Below are positions 36,965 through 49,662 of a stretch of DNA of 64,000 nt, piece after piece. How positions within the stretch are numbered: position 1 is the first letter of the stretch; every line of letters starts with the position of its first letter. The position numbers were made by a program, and so were the translations under genes. Where the stretch lies: contig CM059432.1 in the NCBI GenBank assembly GCA_030390025.1, positions 9,114,001 to 9,178,000 of the forward strand. Reading direction: 5' to 3'. This DNA is from Squalus acanthias (Eukaryota). The notes under the pieces were generated by a model. That model had not been told where the DNA came from and ran no database searches. It saw only the letters and a list, made by a program, of their open reading frames with translations.

Positions 36965-37385
36965 GTCAGCCGTGGCTCAGTGGGTAGCACTCACACCACT
37001 GAGTCACAAGGTTGTGGGTTCAAGTCCCACTCCAGAGACTTGAGCACAAAAATCCAGGCTGACACTCCAGTGCAGTACTGAGGGAGCACTGCACTGTCGG
37101 AGGTGCCGTCTTTCGGATGAGACGTTAAACCGAGGCACCGTCTGCCCTCTCAGGTGGACGTAAAAGATCCCATGGCACTATTTCTAAGAAAAGCAGGCGA
37201 GTTATCCCCGGTGTCCTGGCCAATATTTATCCTCAATCAATATCACATTGCTGCTTGCTGTGCGCAAATTGGCTGCCGTGTTTCCTACATTACAACAGTG
37301 ACTACACTTCAAAAAGTACTTTAAAGCATTTTGGGACATTTGGTAGTCGTGAAGGATGCTATATAAATGCAAGTATTTCTTTTTT
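36965..37385 (+). mobile_element. SINE family 1
   Basis: A box TGGCTCAGTGG, B box GGTTCAAGTCC, core and tail. Confidence 0.88.
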
Positions 37386-37424
37386 ACTTTATATAGATAT
37401 ACATTCGTACATATAATTTATGAA

Positions 37425-37998
37425 CCTGAAAATGCTGGAAATGCTCAGCACATCGGGCAGCATCGATGGAGAGAGAAACAGAGTTAACGTTTCAGGTCGA
37501 TGACCCTTCGTCAGAACTGGAAAAAGTTGGAGATGTAACAGATTTTTAAGCAAGTGTGGGGCAGGGAAAGGCGGGAGGGGAGGAAAGAACAAAAGGGTGA
37601 TTGGGTGGAAGGCAGGAGAGATTAAAAGACAAAAGGTATGATAGTACAAAGCAAAAGAAGATGGTAATGGGACAAGTAAAGAAACAATGGCTGAGTCGAG
37701 AAGAGGTGTAAATGGGAATGGCAGAATCATCAACACCTCCGTTCAAGTCTGTAAGCGTGACCCCGAGCTTCCGGTCACCTGTCACTTTAATTCTCCGCTC
37801 CACTCCCACTCCGACCTCTCCATCCTCAGCCTCTTACACTGTTCCAACGAATCTCAAGGAACAGCACCTCATAAGGCACTTTACAGCTTTCGGGACTCAA
37901 CATCAAGTTTAACAATTTCAGACCATAACTTGCTTCCCTATTTTTTCACATGGAAGCTGTTGATGATTCTGCCATTCCCATTTACACCTCCTCTAGAC
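37425..37998. mobile_element. Penelope-like family 2 element with an internal inversion (pLTR on -, GIY-YIG tail on +)
   Basis: ~37695-37735 is the reverse complement of ~37957-37998. 37733-37875 encodes a KRDPELPVTCHFNSPLHSHSDLSILSLLHC remnant. Confidence 0.75.
37482..37518 (-). ncRNA. Minimal type I hammerhead ribozyme motif (family 2)
   Basis: Minus strand: agtt-CTGACGA-a-gggtc(atc)gacct-GAAA-cgtt-aact. Confidence 0.72.
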
Positions 37999-37999
37999 A

Positions 38000-38141
38000 G
38001 TGGGATCTTTTACGTCCACCTGAGAGAGCAGACAGGGATCTCAGTTTAACGTCACATCTGGAAAGTACAGCAGTCCCTCAGGAGTGCCAGCTTAGATTTT
38101 TGTGCTCAAGTCCCTGGAGTGGGACTGTGAACCCACAACCT

Positions 38142-38177
<36 letters not shown>

Positions 38178-38188
38178 TTGGCTGACAC
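38000..38188 (-). mobile_element. SINE family 1, 5' fragment
   Basis: Reverse complement of the tRNA-like head. Confidence 0.75.
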
Positions 38189-38739
38189 ACTGTTAGGGCA
38201 ACTGGAATTGTCAGATTGGTGTAGTGACAGCCGATATCTGGGGTTGAAGTTACTAAAACATTGTTAGATGGTACAGAGTGACCTTAACCTTAATCTGACC
38301 TGCCAAACCTGGATGCTGAAACTGAGTACCAAAAGGAGGAAAATGTTACATAGCAGATACTGATGAGTGCAAGGTCATAGAGCTGACCACTTGCCCCAGG
38401 GTTGACTACATGGCTATGATGCTGAGCAGAAGTTGGAGTTGAACTCCTCCATGCTCTCTGGTATCGTGTACAATCTTGCTGGCAGGCAGGCCAATGCACT
38501 TAGAAGTTGCTGGTGTAAAGCTATCAGTCTTCTTTTGTATAGGCTCGCCCCTGAAGCTTACATCTATGCCCTATGTAGCAGGGCTGGGATGCAAGTTTGC
38601 CCTCCGTCGAGCTGGTTCTTCGGCCATCCTTAGCGCCCCCCCTCTCCCCGCCCCCGCCCTTTCTCCTGTGTACTTGTGCAAAGTGAATCTCCCAGTTCAG
38701 GCCCCTCTATCCAAAGTAGGTGGGTGCCAGTCTCTGTGA

Positions 38740-39347
38740 TTTTTTTTATCCGTTCCTGGGATGTGGGTGTCGCTGGCAAGGCCAGCATTTATTGCCCATC
38801 ACTAATTGCCCTTGAGAAGGTGGGGTGAGCCGCCTTCTTGAACCGCTGCAGTCTGTGTGGTGATGGTACTCCCACAGTGCTGTTAGGGAGGGAGTTCCAG
38901 GATTTTGACCCAGCGACGATGAAGGATCGGCAATATATTTCCAAGTCAGGATGGTGTCTAACTTGGAGGGGAACTTCGAGGTGGTGGTGTTCCCATGCGC
39001 CTGCTGCCCTTGTCCTTCTAGGTGGTAGAGGTCGCGGGTTTGGGAGGTGCTGCCGAAGAAGCCTTGGCGAGTTGCTGCCGGTACGCCGGTGGTGGAGGGT
39101 GTGAATGTTTAAGGTGGTGGATGGGGTGCCAATCAAGCGGGGCTGCTTTGTCCTGGATGGTGTCGAGCTTCTTGAGTGTTGTTGGAGCTGCACTCATCCA
39201 GGCAAGTGGAGAGTATTCCATCACAGTTGTGCCTTGTAGATGGTAGAAAGGCTTTGGGGAGTCAGGAGATGAGACACTCGCCGCAGAATACCCAGCCTCT
39301 GACCTGCTCTTGTAGCCACAGTATTTATGTGGCTGGTCCTGTTAAGT
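38740..39347 (-). mobile_element. LINE family X 3' fragment
   Basis: MEYSPLAWMSAAPTTLKKLDTIQDKAA. Confidence 0.85.
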
Positions 39348-39678
39348 TGCTGCTTGTTAGATTAAGGTTGAGTAATGCTTCATCATCCTCTGCTTTCACT
39401 GGGCTCTCTACATGGGCTGGACCTGAAAGGACAAGGACTGAGGTACAGATCATCCATTAAATCTGCCTCTCTACCTGTCTCGCCTCCTTTAAAATGCCCC
39501 TTAAAACCTACCTCTATGACCAAGTTTTTGCTTATTTGCTAATGTATTCTAATTGGAGAGAACTCAAAAGGAAACATTAAAAAAAATTAATATGAGCAGC
39601 GGCAATTTTTTTTACGGACCATACCATTGGTCAAGTGTGGAAAAAGGTTCAGATAAAAGTCTTGAATTTAAACATATT

Positions 39679-41213
39679 GGGCCAGAATTTGCTGGGAAAA
39701 TAACGGTGTGTTTAATGGCGCTCGCCGTGTTTCGTGTGTAAATCGTTCAACAACCCGTGGCGAGGAAGAGACACCCGGTGAGTAGTGAATCGCCACAAGT
39801 TCCTGGCCGATTTGCGCCGCTCCGCCGTTACCTTCACGAAAACGGCAGCTCACCCTCAACCTCCCCGTGCGCTTCAAGATATTGTTGCATCTGTGCATTA
39901 ATTACCCATTAAACTCCCCACAGAAAGCTAGGGCTGGTACTTAATGGTGTAAGGACCCTTATAATGAGGAAATTTATGCTCCTGCAATGTCACTCAACCT
40001 CTCCGGCCTAGAAAGGGAACAATTGAAACTTTGGAGTCTCATTACGACAAGTAGTAAATTGTTGGAAGGTATCCTTTCTGTCGCTATTTTCTCTCTCTCT
40101 TAAACCAATCTTTCTTTCCCTCTCTTTGGGGGCGATTTTGTGACTGGGGGCGCGTTGGAGGCGGGACTGCTGCTTGTCGGGTCGATGTCCCGCCTCCATC
40201 GATTTGTGGCCAACCCACGCTATTTTCCCCCAGCGGGCTTAGCAGGCCAATTAAGGGAAAGCCAATTGCAGAGAATGTCAACGTATGGCGTTACATCTGT
40301 CAAAAATTTTTGACAGATGAATTGTCATCGTTTGACAGCTCTGTGAAGTTGTCAAACAGTGACAATCTCTGCAGTTTGATGAGGTCTTGAATACAAGACC
40401 CCATCAAACTTCTTTGTTTTACAGAATTGAGATGGTTGTTGCATCTGTGAATGCAACGGCCATCTCTCATCTGCAACGCGGAGGTCCGCGACTCTCTGCA
40501 TACACACCGACTGAAGCCTGCAGGAAGAAACAAAGGTAAGTACACTTTTAAAAACACTTTGCACTCACCTCAGATACTCACCTCTCCACTCTTGCACCCA
40601 TCACTTACCTTCACGTCACACTTTTGCACCATCCGACCCCCGCAGACCTAGTACTCGCCTCACTGAGCTGGCGGGTTTTGGAGCCTTCGGGAAGACCGCA
40701 CTTGTGAGGACAAAAAGAGGATAATCCTATTTTCTACCTGTTAACTACCTGTTAACAGGCAGTTAATAGGCTTTAATTCCTTCCCGCCTCCAAGGAGACG
40801 GGACCCGGTGCAGGATGGCTACCCACCTCCTGGCAAGATGGCATGGAGGCGGGTTGGGCACCCGCCCCCAAATTCTGACATTTTCCCGGCAGTCCCGCCT
40901 CCACACCCACCTCCCCAAGGGCTGGCAAAATCACCCCCTTATTTCTCTTTCTGTACCTGACTTGATTCTAATTCAGCCTATCTCCTTCTCCATCGTTCCT
41001 CTATTCCTTTCTCAGCCCTTCATTGGTTAAGGAGATGACCGTTGGTCCTATCATTCACCCAGGTCCCAGATGCCCCGCTGCCCTCGTCGCCCCGTTATCA
41101 GCTCGCACTTCCAGCAAGTTTTGGCGCAAAAAATGGTTGAGCTGAAGGGTGAGGGGAAAAGTCTAACTAACGGGGCACGCTGCTAGATGCTCCGCTCCTG
41201 CAAGATCTGGGCC
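39679..41213. mobile_element. MITE (GGGCCAGAATTTGC / GCAAGATCTGGGCC termini) hosting a nested family-E MITE
   Basis: Imperfect TIRs; a pyrimidine tract continues across the nested insert. Confidence 0.6.
40128..40938. mobile_element. Harbinger MITE family E (reverse orientation)
   Basis: TIRs GGGGGCGATTTTG and CAAAATCACCCCC; flanks TTT/TTA; homologous in reverse to 30128-30971. Confidence 0.8.
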
Positions 41214-41387
41214 AATCTTTAGGAAGTAAAGTTTTGCTGATTTTATGACCTTCCTTATATTGGTCGTATCTGCAGAGTGTTGCCATCTTTACGGTACTAA
41301 TGATCTTACCTCTAATCCATCGACAGGGGCCTTGAATATATAAAATTGGCTTGAAATGGGCCAGTAGATTTATTGATATATCGTAAA

Positions 41388-41690
41388 TCATAGTCTCAGG
41401 ATAAGGGGTCGGCCATTTAAGACTGAGATGAGGAGGAATTTCTTCACTCAGAGGGTTGTGAATCTTTGGAATTCTCTGCCCCAGAGGGCTGTGAATGCTG
41501 AGTCTTTGAGTGTATTCAAGGCTGAGATCGATAGATTTTTGGACTCTAGGGGAATCGAGGGATATGGAGATAGGGCAGGAAAGTGGAGTTGAGATCGAAG
41601 AACAGCCATGATCTTATTGAATGGCGGAACAGGCTCGAGGGGCCGTATGGCCGACTCCTGCTCCTAATTCTTATGCTCTTATGTTCTTGA
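41388..41690 (+). mobile_element. CR1 3' tail
   Basis: Near-identical to 47331-47625. Confidence 0.88.
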
Positions 41691-42461
41691 TGGCGAAAAG
41701 TTGCAGCTTCAAGACCCAGTGAAATGAGAAGGACGAAAATTATTGAGTTCAGTTGAAAGCTATATTTCACATTCCTCTCCTTTTTCCACCAGTCACCTAT
41801 CTCAGACTGTCTGGTATCTGATTTATTCAGAAAGGCCAGCGCATCATGAATGATCAGGAGGGAGAAGCACAAGCGCAGCACTAGTTGTTAACAGATACCC
41901 TTGCTACTGGCTGCTTAATTCTGCCTTTTGACAGAGAGCAAAGTGTAATTCATGATGTATCTGCAGCAGTGTGATGAAAATGCTGATGCAACTGCTGACA
42001 GCTTGAACAATGATTCCTGTCAGTGCCGACCAATATAGTACAACAGAGCAAGCAAAATAAAAATGAAAAATCATTTTACAAAAATATTTTCCTTTTGGTT
42101 CACCACTTTGGCTTGTTTATGTTCACAAAACCCCTTTTGAAAAATTGCACGCGGACTCAATCTTATTTTCTGGCCGAGATTTCCACAGGAACCACCCCCC
42201 CCCCGCACCCCCCCCCCCCCCCACCCCCGCACTGCACGTTCCAAACTAGTCCAAGCAAACGGTTTCACCAGCCTCCAGCTCTGCACTGGCAGCAGTGAAT
42301 GAGATGGGGAATTTTATCACATTCGGACTGAGAAAGACGCTGCAGTCCATCCGGCCAGTCCCCCAAAAACCAACGCTTCTCAATCGCCCACTTCCTCAAA
42401 CATCCAAGCGTCGTTTGTCTGCTTCGTTCGGATAGATTTTAAATCGCAAAATTTAAACACC

Positions 42462-43946
42462 TGTATGAAATCGTGGATTGAAAGAAATGGTAGCCTGTTA
42501 CGGGTTTCCCTAGATCAGCAGTTTGCCAAAGTTGATGACACGGAAGGATTCCAGTCATGTCAGAAAAGGAGTTGTAGAGAGAGCTGAATTACCAGGTCAG
42601 AACACAAAAACAGGCCTTCGAGTGGGCATAACTAGGTCTGATACGGGATGCAGCAAGGTGCTGTAGTATAAACAAGCTGTCTACGAGAGGGCAACAAGAT
42701 CTTTAGAACAGAGATAAGAAAATGACCTCATGAGGCTGGGAGGGGGCTGTCATAGGCAGCCTCTCCCTTGTAATTGGACAATGGGATGGGTAAAAATGAT
42801 TGACAACAGGGCCTCAATTTTAAGAGCCCTGAGCAGGGGGGGTTTGGAGGCGGGTCAGTTGCGGAAATCGGAAAAATTGGCTTCAGACACCCAACCCGCC
42901 TCCATCCCGCCCGCACCCGATTTTCATAAGTGTCTGTTCAGCCGCTCCCAAACTGACCCGACTGGAACCGGTGGGACAGGTAGTTAAGGCAGTTAAGAGC
43001 CTGTTAACTGCCTTGCTAATCCTATTTTTATAGTGGTTTCCCATGTTCGTGCCTCTGGCTCCTGTTTCCCGTCTTGTCAGAAACAGTCCAACTGCAAGGA
43101 GACGAAATGGTGGAGCACATGATATGTAGTCATTGGTGCAGAACTTTAAAAGTACTCCTGTAACATAGCTGGCATTCAAATGCAACAACTTTGTTGTTAG
43201 AGGTTTAGGATAAGATTTTGCAAATCTACTGACCTTGTGACTGGTCAAGCTGACACACATCTGCTGTTTGAGCTGATTGGAATAATTTCAGGCCACTTTG
43301 AGTGTACGCTTTCAAGCTTCTTGCCTCAACTGAAATCAGAGGCGAGAAGCTGACATCCTCCAAGCAGTTGCCAGGAGGGACCCGCACGTCGGCCGTAACG
43401 AGGCCAATTAAACCAAAATCAGAAGTGCTGGGAGGCGGCAGCCGGGTGCGGGTCCGAAAGCTGCCGAGCAGCGGGCTCGCCCTCAACCCGCCACTGTTAT
43501 TAAAATCGGGCCCCCGGTATCCACCAGCCTATCGAAATAAGGTATAAAAATAGGCGACCGAGAGAGGAAAACAGGCAGTTAAGGGCGAGGGCTTCCCTGA
43601 GGTGGCTGCGGCCTAACACCTTGGTCAAGTTTAGCCTCTGAGGTGGATCGATGCTGGCTGACGGCCTAACACCTCCAACAGCTCGAGGGACGACCCAACG
43701 GAAATGACAGTAGGAATCCATCCAATCCGGGACCACCGTACTGCCTTACCGTCCGTCCGATCGTTTCGTTTCGTTCGAGGGCCGTAGATCGCCCTCATCT
43801 GTCGCGGGTTGTATGTCTACTGTATCTATTTCAATCACATGTAGTAATATCTGATTATGCTTAAACTGTAGCTCTCTAAAAAAAAGCCTTACAACTCCTA
43901 AGACGCTTTGGGTAATCTGTGTGTGACCTGTGATCCAAATCTTACA
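42462..43946 (+). mobile_element. Solo LTR (~780 bp net) with a nested MITE
   Basis: TGTATGA...TCTTACA inverted termini; 4-bp TSD CACC/CACT; TATA-like GGTATAAAAA at ~43541; an empty paralogous site at 45431-45462. Confidence 0.7.
42809..43514. mobile_element. Harbinger-type MITE (family-E related) nested in the LTR
   Basis: Termini GGGCCTCAATTTTAA and TTAAAATCGGGCCCC; subterminal GGGTTTGGAGGCGGG motifs. Confidence 0.7.
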
Positions 43947-44279
43947 CACTACACTTAACACGTTAGTTAAAAGTCAGCATGTTTGCTCATACATGAGATT
44001 TCTGGTATAGTGCCCATTTGTGGTGGAGAAAGTATATTGAAATGCTAATGTTTTGATAGCAAACAACAATAATTAGGAGTTTAGCATGTCTAGAGTTAAA
44101 TTATACTATCATCGGGCATTCCATGAAGGACTCAAAGAACAACAACAAGTGACATGATGGCGCAATAATAAGTGTATTCTTGTCCTGTAGATGTTTAGTT
44201 TCTGACGATCCAGCCAATCTATTGACCTGTACCTTACATTATGTAATCCAACAACTTGTATTTATATATATCTTTTTTA

Positions 44280-45066
44280 AATTAATTTATGGGATGTGGG
44301 CGTTGCTGGCAAGGCCAGCATTTATTGCCCATCCCTAGTTGCCCTCGAGAAGGTGGTGGTGAGCAGCCTTCTTGAACCGCTGCAGTCCGTGTGGTGAAGG
44401 TACTCCCACAGTGCTGGTAGGGAGGGAGTTCCAGGATTTTGACCCAGCGACGATGAAGGATCGGCGATATATTGCCAAGTCAGGATGGTGTGTGACTTGG
44501 AGGGGAACTTGGAGGTGGTGGTGTTCCCATGCTCCTGCTGCCCTTGTCCTTCTAGGTGGTAGAGGTCGTGGGTTTGGGAGGTGCTGCTGAAGAAGCCTTG
44601 GTGAGTTGCTGCAGTGCATCTTGTAGATGGCGCACACTGCAGCCACGATATGCCAGTGGTGGAGGGAGTGAATGTTTAAGGTGGTGAATGGGTTGCCAAT
44701 CAAGCGGGCTGCTTTGTCCTGGATGGTGTCGAGCATCTTGAGTGTTGTTGGAGCTGCACTCACCCAGGCAAGTGGAGAGTATTCCATCACACTCCTGACG
44801 TGTGACTTGTAGATGGAGGAAAGGCTTTGGGGAGTCAGGAGGTGAGACACTCACCGCAGAATACCTAGCCTCTGACCTGCTCTTGTTACCACAGTATTTA
44901 TGTGGCTGGTCCAGTTAGGTTTCTGGTTAATGGTGACCCCCAGGATGTTGATGGTGGGGGATTCGGCGATGATAATGCCGTTGAATGTCAAGGAGCGGTG
45001 GTTAGACTCTCGCTTGTTGGAGATAGTCATTGCCTGGCACTTGTGTGGTGCGAATGTTACCTGCCA
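44280..45066 (-). mobile_element. LINE family X 3' fragment
   Basis: ORFs 44851-45102 and 44335-44850 (WQVTFAPHKCQ...INILGVTI...IYKSHVRSVMEYSPLAW). Confidence 0.9.
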
Positions 45067-45420
45067 CATACATAGCACCTTCAACGTAGCAAAACGTCCC
45101 AAGGTGCTTCACAGGAGTGTTATAAAACAAAATTTGACACAGAGCCACATAAGGAAAAATTAGGTCAGATGACCAAAAGCTTGGTCAATGAGGTAAGTTT
45201 TAAGTAGCGTCTTAAAGCTGGAGAGAGAGGTAGAGAGGCAGAGAGGTTTAGGGAGTGAATTCCAGAGCTGAGGGCCTGGGCAGCTGAAGGCACGACCACC
45301 AATGGTGGAGCGATGAAATCGGGGATATGCAAGAGGCCAGAATTGGAGGAGCGCAGAAATTTGGAGGTTTGTATGGCTGGAGGAAGTTACAGAGATAGGA
45401 AGGGATGAGGCCATGGAAGG
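45067..45420 (-). mobile_element. L2 3' tail
   Basis: STIGGRAFSCPGPQLWNSLP...FKTLLKTYL. Confidence 0.85.
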
Positions 45421-45642
45421 AACTGGATGTTTTTAAATAACAAAATTAAACACCACACTTAAAATGGATGTAGCATGTTAATTAAAATTTAGCATGTTTG
45501 CCCATAGATGAGATGTCTGGTATAGTGTTACAGTGCCAATTTGTGGTAGAGAAAATATTTTGAAATGCGAATATTTTGATTGTAAATTTATGGGTTGAGG
45601 CACAACAGAACTTCCTGTTAACTGTTTGTATCAATCACCCAT

Positions 45643-46385
45643 CAAGCGAGAGTCTAACCACCGTTCCTTGACATTCAACGGCAATACCATCGCTGAATCC
45701 CCCACCATCAACATCCTGGGGGTCACCATTGGCCAGAAACTTAACTGGACCAGCCATATAAATACTGTGGCAACTGGGCAAGTCAGAGGCTAGGTATTCT
45801 GCGGTGAGTGTCTCACCTCCTGACTCCCCAAAGCCTTTCCACCATCTACAAAGCACAAGCCAGGAGTGTGATGGAATACTCTCCACTTGCCTGGATGAGT
45901 GCAGCTCCAACAACACTCAAGAAGCTCAACACCATCCAGGACAAAGCAGCCCGCTTGATTGGCACCCCATCCACCACCTTAAACATTCACTCCCTCCACC
46001 ACCGGCGTACCATGGCTGCAGTGTGTACCATCTACAAGATGCACTGCATAAACTCGCCAAGGCTTCTTCGGCAGCACCTCCCAAACCTCCGACTTCTTCC
46101 ACCTAGAAGGACAAGGGCAGCAGGCGCATGGGAACACCACCATTCCAAGTTCCCCTCCAAATCACACACCATCCTGACTTGGAAATATATTGCCGATCCT
46201 TCATCGTCGCTGGGTCAAAATCCTGGAACTCCCTCCCTAACAGCACTGTGGGAGTACCTTCACCACACGGACTGCAGCGGTTCAAGAAGGCGGCTCAACC
46301 CCATCTTCTCAAGGGCAATTAGGGATGGGCAATAAATGCTGGCCTTGCCAGCGACGCCCACATCCCATGAACTAATAAAAAAAAA
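45643..46385 (+). mobile_element. LINE family X 3' fragment
   Basis: ORF 45808-46335; A-rich tail. Confidence 0.9.
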
Positions 46386-46586
46386 TTGAAATTGCAAGAT
46401 TGACCCTTGTTACCTTGCTGACTTGTTTTGTAACTAGTGCATTCATTGGATTATCTCATGAGGATTCGTCACTGGGAATTACCTAAAGGAAAACTATTTT
46501 AGGTCAAGATGGAAATCTGGACATCAGTGTTAGAGGCTGCCACCAATGCTGCAGATTGGATTTGTCTCGCCATTGCACTTAGGACC

Positions 46587-47010
46587 ATAGAATAATACAG
46601 CACAGAAGGAGGCCATTCAGCCCATCGTGCCTGTGCTGTGTCTTTGAATGAGCTGTCCAATTAGTCCCACTCCCCTACATTTTCTCCACAGCCCTGCAAA
46701 TTTTTCCCTTTCAATTCCCTTTTGAAAGTTATTATTGTCACTCTTTAGTGCCATTAATTTCTTCACTACTGTTATTTTAATTAGATTAACTTTGGTGAGT
46801 CCCTGTACCTGCTTCAATGTTAGTTTCCTTGGAATGTCCGGCATACTATCCTCTTCCTCTACTGTAAATACTGACGCAAAGTAATTATTCAACAGGTCTG
46901 CCATTTCCTTATTTTCATTTATAACATCACCATTATCAGTTTTTAAGGGGCCCACATTGCTCTTAACCACCCTCTTTTTCCTAATATAATTGTGAAAGTT
47001 TTTTCTGTTG
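46587..47010 (-). mobile_element. CR1 pieces (3' tail and internal ORF2 fragment)
   Basis: EMADLLNNYFASVFT. Confidence 0.75.
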
Positions 47011-47036
47011 ATATAGCCCAAATATAAAAAGGCATA

Positions 47037-47625
47037 AGGTTGTACAGGGCCTTGGTGAGACCACACCTGGAGTACTGTGCGCAGTTTTGGTCTCCTTATC
47101 TAAGGAAGGATATAATTGCCTTGGAGGCAGTGCAACAAAGGTTCACTAGATTGATTCCTGGGATGAGAGGACTGTCCTATGATGAGAGATTGTGCAGAGT
47201 GGGCCTATACTCTCTGGAGTTTAGAAGAATGAGAGGTGATCTCATTGAAACATACAAGATTCTGAAGGGGATTGACAGGGTAAATGCTGAGAGGTTGTTT
47301 CCCCTGGCTGGAGTGTTTAGAACTAGGGGCCATAGACTCAGGATAAGGGGTCGGCCATTTAAGACTGAGATGAGGAGGAATTTCTTCACTCAGAGGGTTG
47401 TGAATCTTTGGAATTCTCTGCCCCAGAGGGCTGTGAATGCTGAGTCTTTGAGTATATTCAAGGCTGAGATCGATAGATTTTTGGACTCTAGGGAATCAAG
47501 GGATATGGAGATCGGGCGGGAAAGTGGAGTTGAGGTCGAAGATCAGCCATGATATTAATGAATGGGGGCGCAGGCTCGAGGGGCCGTATGGCCTACTCCT
47601 GCTCCTATTTCTTATGTTCTTATGT
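47037..47625 (+). mobile_element. CR1 3' fragment
   Basis: ORF 47040-47552 with LVRPHLEYCAQFWSP. Confidence 0.92.
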
Positions 47626-48682
47626 TAAGTTTCAGACCATAGGGAGTGGGCCACTCCTATTGAAGCTCTCTCTTGTGGTGAAAATGCTCAAATTATAACA
47701 ATTGTAAGCAGCACGTTAATCCTTATCCAGCAAAATGCAGTTCCCAGGGCTCCAACTGTACTGCATCCAACAATTGTTCCATCTCACACATTCACTGCCA
47801 TACAGGGTTGATGGCATATATTGGGGCAGATTTTCACTCGCTATGTCTTGACCTCAAAATGGAGTCGGCAGCTTTACTGCCCCATTAACACCGCCATTTT
47901 GAAGGGTACTTACCACTGGGCACCTAAAGCAGCTGCCCGTTTCAGGCAGTATGCCCCTTTCAATAAGAAAGACTTGAAAGACTTGCATTTATATAGCACC
48001 TTTCACGACCACCGGACGTCCCAAAGCGCTTTACAGCCAATGAAGTACTTTTTGAAGCGTAGTCACTGTTGCAATGTAGCAAACACGGCAGCCAATTTGC
48101 GCACAGCACTTCATTGGCTGTAAAGCGCTTTGGGACGCCCCGAGGTGGCAAAAGGCGCTATATCAATGCAAGTCTTTCTTTTCTCGATACAGCTTCAGGC
48201 GGCACATTGGCTGAGCTCACAGCAGGGAGGAGGTGGTGGTTGAAAGGCGGTGAACTGGCCTGCCGCTGGTCGTGCTCTCTCCACGGTGGAAGCTGCCTGC
48301 AAGTGCCCGGAAGAGCAGATGGCGCAGAATCTGTTGCTGCCACTGTGCTGGAGCTTATGGAGGCTGCTGCTCTCAATCAATGCCAGCTAGGTCTGCCAGG
48401 GCCAACAGCTACAGTCGGCAGCCCAATGGAAGGTGTGCGCAGTCCAGTTCAGTTCAGCTCTTGTGACAGCTGATCTCCATGGAATCCTTCTTCCATCTTG
48501 CCCCACTTCATGGATTAAAGACGGCGCTTGTGCTGCTGCGAAGGTAAACTCCACCAGCAATTCTAAACTGACGTGCACAAAAGTGGCTCAATCTCTTGGA
48601 GCCCACCCTGCTGCATCCACATTATCACCGAACACGGGTGCAATGAACGCACCCAATGATCAGTTGCGGTCGCCAGCTGCGG

Positions 48683-48885
48683 CTGAGTGTGCAGCGCACT
48701 CGTCTTCTGAGTCAGAAGATCTGTGGGTTCACAGTCCCGCTCCAGGGGCTTGAGCCCATTATAAAGCTAGGCCGACACTGCTGAGGGGAGTGCTGCACTG
48801 GCAGAGGCGCCGTCTTTCGGATGAGGCGTTAAAACCGAGGCCCCGTCTGCTCCCTCAGATGGACGTAGAAGATCCCATGGCCACA
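48683..48885 (+). mobile_element. SINE family 1, 5' fragment
   Basis: tRNA-like head and start of the body. Confidence 0.7.
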
Positions 48886-49194
48886 ATTAATGGGTCAGTT
48901 TGATCAGATGTGTATAGCAGAATATATTTAAACTGGTAGCGTACAACAGCTGCCCTGGGATAAAATAGCCCACAGGCAATATTGCATTAACACGAATGAC
49001 AATTCCTCCACGCGTATACTCATGAATATTTGCAGGCGAACTATTTACATAAAACACATTTACAGCTGCAAATCACACGGCTATGAAATATTCTGTATTA
49101 AGGGCAGAGTTCAATTCCTCATAAAGCCCCCAAGGAGCTTATTCGACATTTACACCTATAGTTTGGTGAACAAACTCTATAATATCAAAAGTAC

Positions 49195-49662
49195 CAGCCG
49201 TGGCTCAGTGGGTCGCACTCTTGCCTCTGAGTCAGAAGGTTGTGGGTTCACAGTCCCACTCCAGAGACTCGAGCACAAAGGTCTTGGCTGACACTCCAGT
49301 GCAGCGCTGAGGGAGCGCTGCACTGTCTGAGGTGCCGTCTTTCGGATGAGACGTTAAAACCGAGGCCCCGTCTGCTCACGCCGGTGGACGTAAAAGATCC
49401 CACGGCACTATTTTGAAGAAGAGCAGGGGAGTTCTCCCCGGTGTCCTGGGGCCAATATTAATCCCTCAAACAACATAACAAAAACAGATTATCTGATCAT
49501 TATCACATTGCTGTTTGTGGGAGCTTGCTGTGCACAAATCGGCTGCCGCGTTTCCCACATTACAACAGTGACTACACTCCAAAGTACGTCATTGGCTGTA
49601 AAGCGCTCTGTGATGTCCGGTGGTCGTGAAAGGCGCTGTATAAAGGCAAGTCTTTCTTTTCT
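49195..49662 (+). mobile_element. SINE family 1, full length
   Basis: A and B boxes, core and tail. Confidence 0.88.

Noticed and set aside
42496..43960. Alternative LTR boundaries TGTTA...TAACA
   Set aside because: No TSD; the empty paralogous site supports 42462-43946 instead.
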